From the NCBI GenBank assembly GCA_046758365.1, contig JBHIAC010000048.1, positions 1 through 19,938 of the forward strand: a stretch of 19,938 nt of DNA. The letters run 5' to 3'. The translations under genes were made by a program, and so were the position numbers. The stretch's first letter is position 1, and each line of letters begins with the position of its first letter. This document shows, piece after piece, positions 1-7,651 of this stretch. The notes beneath the pieces were generated by a model. That model saw nothing but the letters and a program-made list of their open reading frames with translations. It made no database searches and was not told the DNA's origin. The stretch comes from a bacterium (GTDB taxonomy: Bacteria; Zhuqueibacterota; Zhuqueibacteria; Oceanimicrobiales; Oceanimicrobiaceae).

Positions 1-217
1 AGGGATAAATATCCTATATAATTTTGCATTCAGCATGAAAATACTGAATGATCCTAGTTAATATGAGCCCACAGTTTTAAACTACGTAGTATCCTGTTTA
101 ATAAAGTCCTCCCACCAATAACTGAGGTATTACAGAGCGATAAACGAATTTTAAGGTAGGTGTAGTTAAAAACGGGTTGAAGATTTTTTTAAGCTGTCTT
201 GATAATTGGGAAGGTTT

Positions 218-1156
218 TTAATTCAATATATAATTCTCAGGATTTTGAGGCTGGCCATTATGCCAAACTTCATAGTGTAAATGGGGCCCGGTGGCGCGAC
301 CGGAGTTTCCAGATAGACCAATTACATCCCATCGTTTTACCTTTTGACCCGGCTTTACTAAAATTTTTGAGAGGTGACCATATAATGTTTTATAACCGTA
401 GCCATGATTAATGATAACCACCCGACCGTAACCTTTGTTTAATCGGTATCGCATCCTTGCCATCTCTACCAGACCTGTGGCCGCAGCATGTATTTTTGTA
501 CCGTAATGGGCTGATATATCGATGCCATTGTGATGTTTCACTCTTTCAACAAAAGGATCTCTACGTTTACCAAATCTATCGGTAATTCTTCCCCCAGTCA
601 CTGGTCTTATTGACGGAATATGTTTTATTTCTTTTTGAGTTTGTAAAAACTTATCCTCGATAATGTCTTGAAGTTTTAAGGCACTGCTAATTCTTTCCTC
701 AAGAATATTCATATATTCTGACATTTTATCGGTCTGATATTCATAGTCAACAGGCATTGAAGCCATAACGATATTGTTACCCAATATAATACCATCCTTT
801 ATAATTTGACTGTCGGCTTCGGTAGATGATAATCCTACTAATACTCCCAGATCCTCTGTATCCTCTTCTAAGCTAATAAGTTTTTCATTTAACTTTTCAA
901 TATTACTTTGAAGTTTCTTAATTTTCCCCTTTAAAAAGGTATTAGTTCGCAATAGAGTACTATTAGTATTACTTTGATACATACTGTTTAAAAGAGTTAC
1001 AGATCCCCAAAATACTCCAATTATTATAACAGAAAGAGCTATGAGTTTAATAATAAGACGACGTAAATTAAATTCAAATTGACGAATTTCAGATTCACCT
1101 GTTGAGAAAAATATTAAACGAATTTTATTTTGTTTTTTTAGTTTTTTAAACTTCAT
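218..1156 (-). CDS. M23 family zinc metallopeptidase with N-terminal membrane anchor and coiled coil
   Basis: HxxxD (HHNGID) and HxH (GPHLHYEV) motifs, GYGRVVIINHGYGYKTLYGHLS and IPSIRPV; hydrophobic segment LIALSVIIIGVFWGSV followed by a heptad-rich region. Confidence 0.95.
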   Translation of the reverse strand: MKFKKLKKQNKIRLIFFSTGESEIRQFEFNLRRLIIKLIALSVIIIGVFWGSVTLLNSMYQSNTNSTLLRTNTFLKGKIKKLQSNIEKLNEKLISLEEDTEDLGVLVGLSSTEADSQIIKDGIILGNNIVMASMPVDYEYQTDKMSEYMNILEERISSALKLQDIIEDKFLQTQKEIKHIPSIRPVTGGRITDRFGKRRDPFVERVKHHNGIDISAHYGTKIHAAATGLVEMARMRYRLNKGYGRVVIINHGYGYKTLYGHLSKILVKPGQKVKRWDVIGLSGNSGRATGPHLHYEVWHNGQPQNPENYILN

Positions 1157-1333
1157 AAAAATTTTAGATTTAATTTGGTTTATTAGTTATAAAAGACATA
1201 AACCTATGGGAAAATTATAACGTTTTTCTTTAATCGATTACAATGAAAATATACTTTTTTCTAGCCGAATATTCAATCGATATTAAAAGATTTGAAAAAA
1301 TTGGGAAAGAGACGATAATAATACTTTTTAATT

Positions 1334-1349
1334 AGCAAATTTCGTTCCA
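1334..1349 (-). promoter_or_regulatory. Sigma54 (RpoN) -24/-12 promoter upstream of the M23 gene
   Basis: Minus strand TGGAACGAAATTTGCT: GG-N10-GC spacing exact, one mismatch to TGGCACG-N4-TTGCW, correct orientation, ~180 bp upstream of the start at 1156. Confidence 0.65.
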
Positions 1350-1447
1350 TCAGTAAAATTATTTTAAAAGGCTTTTGAATGACGTAAGTGCAAAAAGATA
1401 GCTAGCTAAAAATCTTAAATTGTAAAGGATGTTAAATACAACCCATA

Positions 1448-1475
1448 GGATAGTTATCCAACGGGATAGAAATCT
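1448..1475. promoter_or_regulatory. Palindromic operator / candidate enhancer-binding-protein site GGATA-N2-TATCC
   Basis: GGATAGTTATCC at 1448-1459 and a degenerate copy GGATAGAAATCT at 1464-1475, ~100-125 bp upstream of the sigma54 motif; same palindrome at 3-14. Confidence 0.4.
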
Positions 1476-1710
1476 ACGTCCTTAAAAACGTTGAATTATC
1501 ATCCAGTGTCTTTAAAGTTGAAATTATCCTGTTTATGCACCAACGTCATGAATCCTTTAATTTCTGAATTTTCTAATTTATTACACAAATTCTAAAAGAA
1601 TTTTCTCCCGATAAATACAAATTTTTAATATATTTGTTTCTTCTGAAAGGAAACAGTATGATTGTAATAAATTTTGATTAATGCGAAAAGTTATCAATTC
1701 ACCTTATAAT

Positions 1711-2490
1711 TTAGGGCTTTCCAGTTTGACTGAGCCCAATATAAAAGGCAAAGTCTGACCTGTTACGGCCGGTAATCTCTAAACTAAGTTTTAATTGCGA
1801 TGGAAGATTCAAGTCCAAACCAATAAAAGGACTGGTTTCTAATCCACTTAAATATTCTCCTGTTTGCTTTGTTTCAGACTCGTCACCTCCATTAATAATT
1901 ATTTTATCAATTCTGGTTTCGAGACGTTGAATCGTTTTTGCATTAAGACCACAATAAAAATTGACAACTCCCCAATCCTTTGTAAGCCCAGCATTAAACA
2001 AAGCATCTCGCCAATCATATTTTAACTCAAGAACTTGTACTACTTGAGAACCTGCTAAGAAACTCACATTTTCGGAAGATGGCTTACTGGTGAATCTAAA
2101 TAATTGACCACTGATAAATAGAGAAAATCGATAGCGTGGAATATATAATAAACGAATATTAATGCCTGCTCCAAAAGCCATTTGATATTTGCTCTCAAGG
2201 TTTGACTGGGTGTCATCTGGCATCACAAGAGTAACTTTAGCGACCCCAATCTCTCCAAAAATATCCAAAAATCTAGCTAACCCCAAAATTCCTTTTAGTA
2301 TATAACGGGGTGAATTGTATTCAATTCCATGGATATTTTTTCGAAAGTATCCTCCTGTAATACTTACAGTGATTTCGCGATGACTTTGGGTAAAAATTGG
2401 AATGCCGGTAGGTTGGGCCACTAAACTTGGCGACAAAGTTGATAAAAACAACAGTCCTAAAAGAGAATAATTTCGAAGCCTTCTTTTCAA
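1711..2490 (-). CDS. Hypothetical exported protein, probable outer-membrane beta-barrel
   Basis: TTG start; Sec signal peptide (MKRRLRNYSLLGLLFLSTLSPSLVAQ); many alternating amphipathic strands (YQMAFGAGINIRL, FIGLDLNL, FAFYIGLSQ); 13 bp downstream of the Ig lipoprotein gene. Confidence 0.75.
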   Translation of the reverse strand: MKRRLRNYSLLGLLFLSTLSPSLVAQPTGIPIFTQSHREITVSITGGYFRKNIHGIEYNSPRYILKGILGLARFLDIFGEIGVAKVTLVMPDDTQSNLESKYQMAFGAGINIRLLYIPRYRFSLFISGQLFRFTSKPSSENVSFLAGSQVVQVLELKYDWRDALFNAGLTKDWGVVNFYCGLNAKTIQRLETRIDKIIINGGDESETKQTGEYLSGLETSPFIGLDLNLPSQLKLSLEITGRNRSDFAFYIGLSQTGKP

Positions 2491-2503
2491 TTTATCTTGC
2501 GTT

Positions 2504-5242
2504 CTAATTCAAATTCAAATTAATAGGCTCGGATGAATTAATGACATTGCCGTTCTGGCTGTTAACAATAATTGTTACAGGTGTTGTAGCAGGTTGTGCC
2601 TCGGGATCTGTTGGATCAATATTATTTGTAAGTAATACAGTATATTCGGTTACCCCAGGATCACTGGTGGAAATGCTTGACCAAGAAAGCTCGCCGGCAT
2701 TGGCTTGTACCGAAATTTCAGACCCTGGAACAATAGGATTTCCATTTACATCATAAATTTTAAATGTAATCAAAGCCACTTCGCCGGGGCTTAAATCTGT
2801 GTCGGAAACTTCAATGTCAAAAACAGTTATTACGCCAGAAAATATAAGATTGGTTACCGACCACACACGTGCGGGATTACCGTTTGCATCTACCCCTTCG
2901 GTTACTGCAAGAATTCTAGCGACTCCATCGTTCTCTCCAAAATTACCTATAGAATTAAGGACCTCGCCTCCTTCGAAATCAGGAATTGGCCCTTCAATAA
3001 TATTCGTTGGCTTATTGAAATCGGGATGATTCTCATTTGGATCAAAAAAAGTGTTGTAAAATCGGGTAATGGTAGGATAAGGTTGAGCGGTGTGAATAGT
3101 TACCGTTGCCACCCCTTCTTCATTGGTAAAACCAGTATAAGTTGAAATGACTCCTGCACTTGTCGTAAAAAATACGGCCGTGCCAGGAGGAACTGGATTG
3201 TTATATTTATCGCCCACTACCGCTGTTACGGTTGCGGTATTATTCACCACATTCCAGCCATAAACATTTAGAGGATCTACCCCTACAGAAAGATGACTCG
3301 TGCTGCGTTCATTAACATCTTCAATATAGGGTGGACCTGCAAATATGATTATTTCCGTTGAAACCGCTCTAACCTCGGGTACTACGGGAATGCCAATCGC
3401 ATCCGTAACTTGAGATAGAATACGAACGCTTCCAGACCGAATGCCACTGTTTAAGGCGACCTGTGCATTACCATTTAACGTTGGAACCGGTTCTGTACTG
3501 CTTAAGGATTCCCCACCTCCGGGAGATGAAAAAATTGAAAAAGAAACATAGGTGCCGTCTAAAACAGGATTGTTTTTACTATCCACCACGTCAGCGGTAA
3601 TGGTTACAGTCTGATTTCGACCTGAATCTTTTACGCCTAAGGAATTGGGTTCATAGCTGAGCAATATACTATTTGCTGGTCCTGGAAGTAGTTGAATAGT
3701 GGTTTCACCATATATTGAACCAACAGAAGCACGTACCGTTGCGATTCCCGTCACACTACTGGAAAATTGTGCAACGGCTTGCCCTGAATTAGTTTGAGTA
3801 CTTGGCGTGATGTCTCCTATATTAGTAACAAAAGACACCATAGTTCCATCAACCACTGGGTTGCCTGCGGCGTCGTTCACGTAGGCAATTACTGAAGTGC
3901 TGGTTATTCCATCAGCCGGGAGCGCAGATGAATCGGCCACCACGATAACTGTGGCAGCCTCTCCCACCTGGTACCTAACAGTCGTTGTATCGGTAAGCTG
4001 ATCCACCCGAACTACAATGATTGCTGTATCAGGTTGCGTTCCACTAGTTAAAATGCTGGAGGCAATACCGCCAATGGTTACTTTATTGGACTCAAGGGTT
4101 CCCGTACCTTCGATGATTTCGAAATTTACTGGGGTTCCATCCGGTACCGGGTTGTTATTTTGGTCAGAGACCACAGCTTTGATCAAAGATGTGCTTTGAT
4201 TGTCAGCTAAAATAACTGGCGGTTCTGCTGAAACATTTAAATAAGTCGGCCTTGAATCACCAAAAAAGACTTGTATGGTTTCCGTTAATCTCTGTCCATA
4301 AATCGCGGTAATTGTAGATACGCCTGTTTCAGTTGCACTGGTTAAATTGACGGTCGCCACACCACTTGCATCGGTAGTAGCTGAATTGGGTAGGGTACCT
4401 AAATCTGCGCCAAAAGTAATTCGAGCCTCGGAAACAGCAACAGTGCTACCAGTTTCTTTCAAAACAACGGTTATCCGCGAGGTGCTCCTACCATCGGCAA
4501 TAATATTTATTGGAGAAGCACTTATAGAAAATGAGATACCTTTGTATAGCACCTGAGTTGTAGCTTCTATGCCAAATCCTTTAGCCGTTATTTGGGCAAT
4601 GGTATCCACTCGGCTGGCTGCAGAAGTCAATATGGCTTCGGCTACACCAAATGAGTCTGTGAAAGCTGACGAGGTAATATTACCAATGGAAGTCTCAAAA
4701 GAAATCTGTATGCCTTTCAAGGGTTCTCCCTCTTCAGTCAACCAGATAGATTGTATTTTGACTGTGCTTTCTCCGTTTGCTAAAAGGCTCTCAGTTTCTG
4801 AAATCAAGGTAATTGACTGAGGCGCTGTTTTTTTCACTTCAATGGTTACATTCCGATTTTGAGTAGTGTTATAATCACTTGTAATAATTGCTTTACCGGT
4901 TTGTTGGGGTGCTGTAAAAATTGTTGTAGCAATCCCTGTGTCATTAGTTGTGCTAGAGGTCGGGGTAACAGTTCCGATAGTTGTGGAAAATTGAATGTTC
5001 TCACCCCCCACTGGCTGGCCGGATTGATCTAACAATAGAGCTTTCACAATAGCCGTATCGCCTGGGGAAACTACTGCTGGGATTGCCTGAATATCCACCA
5101 AAACTACTACTGGTTCTTGCAGGCTTTGGGTTGGGTCTAAAGGTGCTTTTTTTGAACACATCCATCCAAGCAATCCCACACAACATGAATAAAATAGCAA
5201 TAATATGCGCGAATATCGGAATTTAAATAATATTTCCACCAT
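2504..5242 (-). CDS. Large lipoprotein with ~8 tandem Big_1 (intimin/invasin-type Ig-like) domains
   Basis: Repeated ADG.STS.I...V.D..GNPV.DGT.V.F....G.......T...G.A...LTS units; hydrophobic N-terminus ending GLLGWM-C-SKKAPLDP (probable lipidated Cys29); Thr/Ser/Val rich. Confidence 0.88.
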   Translation of the reverse strand: MVEILFKFRYSRILLLFYSCCVGLLGWMCSKKAPLDPTQSLQEPVVVLVDIQAIPAVVSPGDTAIVKALLLDQSGQPVGGENIQFSTTIGTVTPTSSTTNDTGIATTIFTAPQQTGKAIITSDYNTTQNRNVTIEVKKTAPQSITLISETESLLANGESTVKIQSIWLTEEGEPLKGIQISFETSIGNITSSAFTDSFGVAEAILTSAASRVDTIAQITAKGFGIEATTQVLYKGISFSISASPINIIADGRSTSRITVVLKETGSTVAVSEARITFGADLGTLPNSATTDASGVATVNLTSATETGVSTITAIYGQRLTETIQVFFGDSRPTYLNVSAEPPVILADNQSTSLIKAVVSDQNNNPVPDGTPVNFEIIEGTGTLESNKVTIGGIASSILTSGTQPDTAIIVVRVDQLTDTTTVRYQVGEAATVIVVADSSALPADGITSTSVIAYVNDAAGNPVVDGTMVSFVTNIGDITPSTQTNSGQAVAQFSSSVTGIATVRASVGSIYGETTIQLLPGPANSILLSYEPNSLGVKDSGRNQTVTITADVVDSKNNPVLDGTYVSFSIFSSPGGGESLSSTEPVPTLNGNAQVALNSGIRSGSVRILSQVTDAIGIPVVPEVRAVSTEIIIFAGPPYIEDVNERSTSHLSVGVDPLNVYGWNVVNNTATVTAVVGDKYNNPVPPGTAVFFTTSAGVISTYTGFTNEEGVATVTIHTAQPYPTITRFYNTFFDPNENHPDFNKPTNIIEGPIPDFEGGEVLNSIGNFGENDGVARILAVTEGVDANGNPARVWSVTNLIFSGVITVFDIEVSDTDLSPGEVALITFKIYDVNGNPIVPGSEISVQANAGELSWSSISTSDPGVTEYTVLLTNNIDPTDPEAQPATTPVTIIVNSQNGNVINSSEPINLNLN

Positions 5243-5321
5243 TGAAATCGTAATACACGCTCTATCTGATTAACAACATTTCACTTGATAGGACTTTTAC
5301 CCCATATTTTAAATGGCCTAT

Positions 5322-5346
5322 AAAAAAGACCTACAGACATAGGCCT
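5322..5346 (-). terminator. Terminator-like hairpin with U tract
   Basis: Minus strand AGGCCTAT-GTCT-GTAGGTCT-TTTTT: 8-bp stem with 2 G-U pairs, then a T run; lies ~195 bp downstream of the PilX-like gene stop. Confidence 0.4.
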
Positions 5347-5353
5347 ACCTAAT

Positions 5354-5380
5354 TTATCGACACTATTTCATTTAAATTTA
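5354..5380 (-). promoter_or_regulatory. Sigma28 (FliA/WhiG-type) promoter upstream of the Big_1 lipoprotein gene
   Basis: Minus strand TAAA-TTTAAATGAAATAGT(15)-GTCGATAA; one mismatch to TAAA-N15-GCCGATAA with exact spacing. Confidence 0.65.
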
Positions 5381-5540
5381 TAAGTGCCAGGGCTTTTTCT
5401 TGCATCTCATAACACCTGTACATGTTAGCAAAGAAAATGAACAAACATCAAATAAAATCGTTTGTTTGTAACCAAATATTTTTAATTTTTCAATAATATT
5501 TTGATGAGTCATTAGAAGGATTTGTATATTATTGTACCTT

Positions 5541-6506
5541 TCAAAGCTCCCGCCATGATAGCAGCACGAAAGATGCTTCTCTATTCTCGTAATTACCAAA
5601 AATCTCCATATATTCATGTTTGTAATGAACGGATATATGGTTTCCTGTCCCATCGACATTACCGTTAGCGACGATCCCTCCTGTCACAGAACTCTCAGAA
5701 GGATTACCTCCTCCATGAATCACAGTATGGTTTGGATTTCTCATATACAACACTCCTTTGACTCGTGAAGAGCCATCAAGTGTGATGTCTCCATCCACAA
5801 CAAATATACCATAAACTGTTCGACCACCTTGTACATGAAGATTTCCTTGCACATATGTGATGTTTGGCGTTAAGCCGCTGAAATAAAAATTGAAGTTTGG
5901 GTAGCCATGCGCCGGTTCGAAATTAGCTCCTGTTTCTAAATGCCCTTGAGAAATAGCCATATTGATCAAGTCCTGATCTTCCATATTCGGAAGTGAATTA
6001 GCATTCTCAATCATCAATGAAAAGTCAGTATCTCCATATTCATCTAAAGGAGTGACGTTCATAATCTCCCCCGTTGAAAAAATGGCATAATTCTCGATCG
6101 GTGGAGTTTGTTGGACTAATACCTGGATGATTTTTCTTGCATCACCGACGATGCCGGTGGAATTTAATTCAACCATGCTGTCTAGGTCCGTGTATTCGAG
6201 GCTAAATTTACCTTCCTCCATAAAGACAGTTTCAGAACTTGATAGACTATCCCCCTCATACATCTTTTTTAATCCATATTCAATGCCGGCTTCGGCCACA
6301 TATTGTGCCTGGACAGCTTGCATGAAATTTATGGAGTGGCGGCTATCTACGGTCATAACCGAATAGCTAACCACCCCTAAAGTCATAAACATTAAAAGAA
6401 CGAGAACTATGAAAGTTATTGACAATGCCCCAATCTCGTTCGTTAAAAATTGAGATATAGAAGGCGTTTCTGAGAACCTAAAACTCAAAAAATAGGAAAC
6501 ATCCAT
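5541..6506 (-). CDS. PilX/MshP-like minor pilin-associated protein (PilX N-terminal domain plus beta-rich C-terminus)
   Basis: NEIG|ALSITFIVLVLLMFMTLGVV prepilin-like helix without Glu5 and QAQYVAEAGIEYG, the PilX_N hallmark; C-terminal YVQGNLHVQG/GIFVVDGDITLDG/GGIVANGNV repeats. Start probably ATG 6506 (or 6560) rather than GTG 6671, which runs through a repeat element. Confidence 0.8.
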   Translation of the reverse strand: MDVSYFLSFRFSETPSISQFLTNEIGALSITFIVLVLLMFMTLGVVSYSVMTVDSRHSINFMQAVQAQYVAEAGIEYGLKKMYEGDSLSSSETVFMEEGKFSLEYTDLDSMVELNSTGIVGDARKIIQVLVQQTPPIENYAIFSTGEIMNVTPLDEYGDTDFSLMIENANSLPNMEDQDLINMAISQGHLETGANFEPAHGYPNFNFYFSGLTPNITYVQGNLHVQGGRTVYGIFVVDGDITLDGSSRVKGVLYMRNPNHTVIHGGGNPSESSVTGGIVANGNVDGTGNHISVHYKHEYMEIFGNYENREASFVLLSWREL

Positions 6507-6633
6507 TCTAAAAAGATTTTTTTTAAATTTCTTTCTTGCACTAATTTGAAAAATGTTCATAACTCTAAAAATATTAATAGTGTATGTCGTGAAAATAGCA
6601 TTTAACCCAAATACTGCAATTGAAAATAAATAA

Positions 6634-6780
6634 TAAACTACAAAGGGCACCAAGAACACGAAGAAACACAAAGATAAATATATTTTAGAAAAATAAAATT
6701 TGAATAAAAAAAGTGAAACTAAAATACAATATTTTTCTTTTTATCTTTTTAAAAATTAGAACTTTGTGTCTTGTGGTTAA
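6634..6780. repeat. Miniature element with inverted ends built from 9-mer tandem units
   Basis: Left arm ACTACAAAG-GGCACCAAG-AACACGAAG-(A)AACACAAAG (6637-6673); right arm CTTTGTGTC-TTGTGGTTAA (6762-6780) is the reverse complement of the same unit; very AT-rich core. Confidence 0.55.
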
Positions 6781-6855
6781 TACAAAATTTAGTTTTAACA
6801 CATTCTCGACTTCTTATGCTTATGGAGTAAACTTTATATGTCTTCAAAAGCTAAT

Positions 6856-7266
6856 TCAATATTCAGTTAACCAAGTTGTAAGTCTAAAATCAGGCAAATC
6901 GTTGTGGGATATAATGACTTGTACTAAGGCATATGGTATCCCATTGTGAACTTTCCCAGAAGTTTCAATAATGACACTTCGTGTGAATCCACTGGAAGGG
7001 ATATCGCTTGGATAATGGCCAGGAGTTGTCACCCAGGTATATCCTCTGGTCGGATTTTTCTTATCACCTATGATTTCATCCATCTTTTCTTGAGCATAGA
7101 CAATAGCTTGAGTTAAAATTAATGACTTATTGCTATTTACTAATGTTGAAGAAAGTAAATTCATTAATGAAATAATTGCTATTGAGAAAACCACTATGAT
7201 TAAAATGACCTCAATTAATGTTAAGCCTTGACAATTTACTAACTTTTTTTTGAGATAAAGATACAA
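6856..7266 (-). CDS. Type IV minor pilin / pseudopilin (MshD/PilV/GspI-like) with prepilin N-methylation motif
   Basis: TTG start, basic leader KKK, class III cleavage site QG|LTLIEVILIIVV with Glu5, then TQAIVYAQEKMDEI and short C-terminal beta strands (FTRSVII, LVQVIISH, FRLTT). Confidence 0.9.
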   Translation of the reverse strand: MYLYLKKKLVNCQGLTLIEVILIIVVFSIAIISLMNLLSSTLVNSNKSLILTQAIVYAQEKMDEIIGDKKNPTRGYTWVTTPGHYPSDIPSSGFTRSVIIETSGKVHNGIPYALVQVIISHNDLPDFRLTTWLTEY

Positions 7267-7340
7267 TTTTGACCCTGTTTAGAACATGGACATGTAAACT
7301 TAGTAAAGGATTCTTGTTTTTTAATTCTCTTTGAAAAAAC

Positions 7341-7472
7341 TTCAACCAAGATTCAGAAAACTTATTAGAATTGAATTCAAACTACCGGAGTCTTGGTGTT
7401 TTTTAAGCCTGCTAATACCTTAAAGCGGTTAGGTTTTTAACTTCTGTTTGAGTTTTCCGAATCTGGGTTCAA
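7341..7472. repeat. Long imperfect inverted repeat (23-nt arms) in the pilin leader region
   Basis: TTCAACCAAGATTCAGAAAACTT (7341-7363) versus GAGTTTTCCGAATCTGGGTTCAA (7450-7472): 19 of 23 positions complementary, 20 on the minus-strand RNA counting a G-U pair. Confidence 0.7.
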
Positions 7473-7497
7473 TAAAGATCTTTTAGTGCTATCAATA

Positions 7498-7524
7498 ATA
7501 TCGACATAAAAGTAATCTTTGTTA
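7498..7524 (-). promoter_or_regulatory. Sigma28-like promoter facing the pilin gene
   Basis: Minus strand TAAC-AAAGATTACTTTTAT(15)-GTCGATAT. Confidence 0.5.
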
Positions 7525-7549
7525 ACCTATTTCATCTTTTTTACAATAT

Positions 7550-7576
7550 TCAAGAATTTGTTTTTATTACCGATAG
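7550..7576 (+). promoter_or_regulatory. Sigma28-like promoter facing the secreted beta-propeller gene
   Basis: TCAA-GAATTTGTTTTTATT(15)-ACCGATAG, 75 bp upstream of ATG 7652. Confidence 0.5.
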
Positions 7577-7651
7577 AAAATAATGTAGCACAATGTGATT
7601 ACCACAATTTTTAAAGGATAAAAATAAACCTGCACAAGCCGAGGAGCTCAA

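Noticed and set aside
1452..1462. TTATCCAAC as a DnaA box / replication origin
   Set aside because: Mismatched to TTATCCACA, not clustered, and better explained as half of the GGATA-N2-TATCC palindrome
1586..1614. Plus-strand CCCGATAA as another sigma28 -10 element
   Set aside because: No -35 at 15-nt spacing, and it faces no gene (antisense to the barrel gene)
2541..4820. Several plus-strand ORFs (60-83 aa) inside the Big_1 lipoprotein gene
   Set aside because: Antisense shadows of a long, well-supported minus-strand gene; no recognisable motifs
6507..6671. N-terminal 55 aa of the 376-aa ORF
   Set aside because: Reads through the 9-mer repeat arm and AT-rich DNA; the PilX-like leader starts much later, so the upstream GTG start is probably spurious
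5378..6949. Short ORFs 5378-5659 (-), 6127-6366 (+) and 6713-6949 (+)
   Set aside because: They overlap real genes or low-complexity DNA; no RBS or domain signal
7594..7606. TGTG-ATTAC-CACA as a CRP/Rex operator
   Set aside because: Only 4-bp arms and the wrong spacing for either consensus
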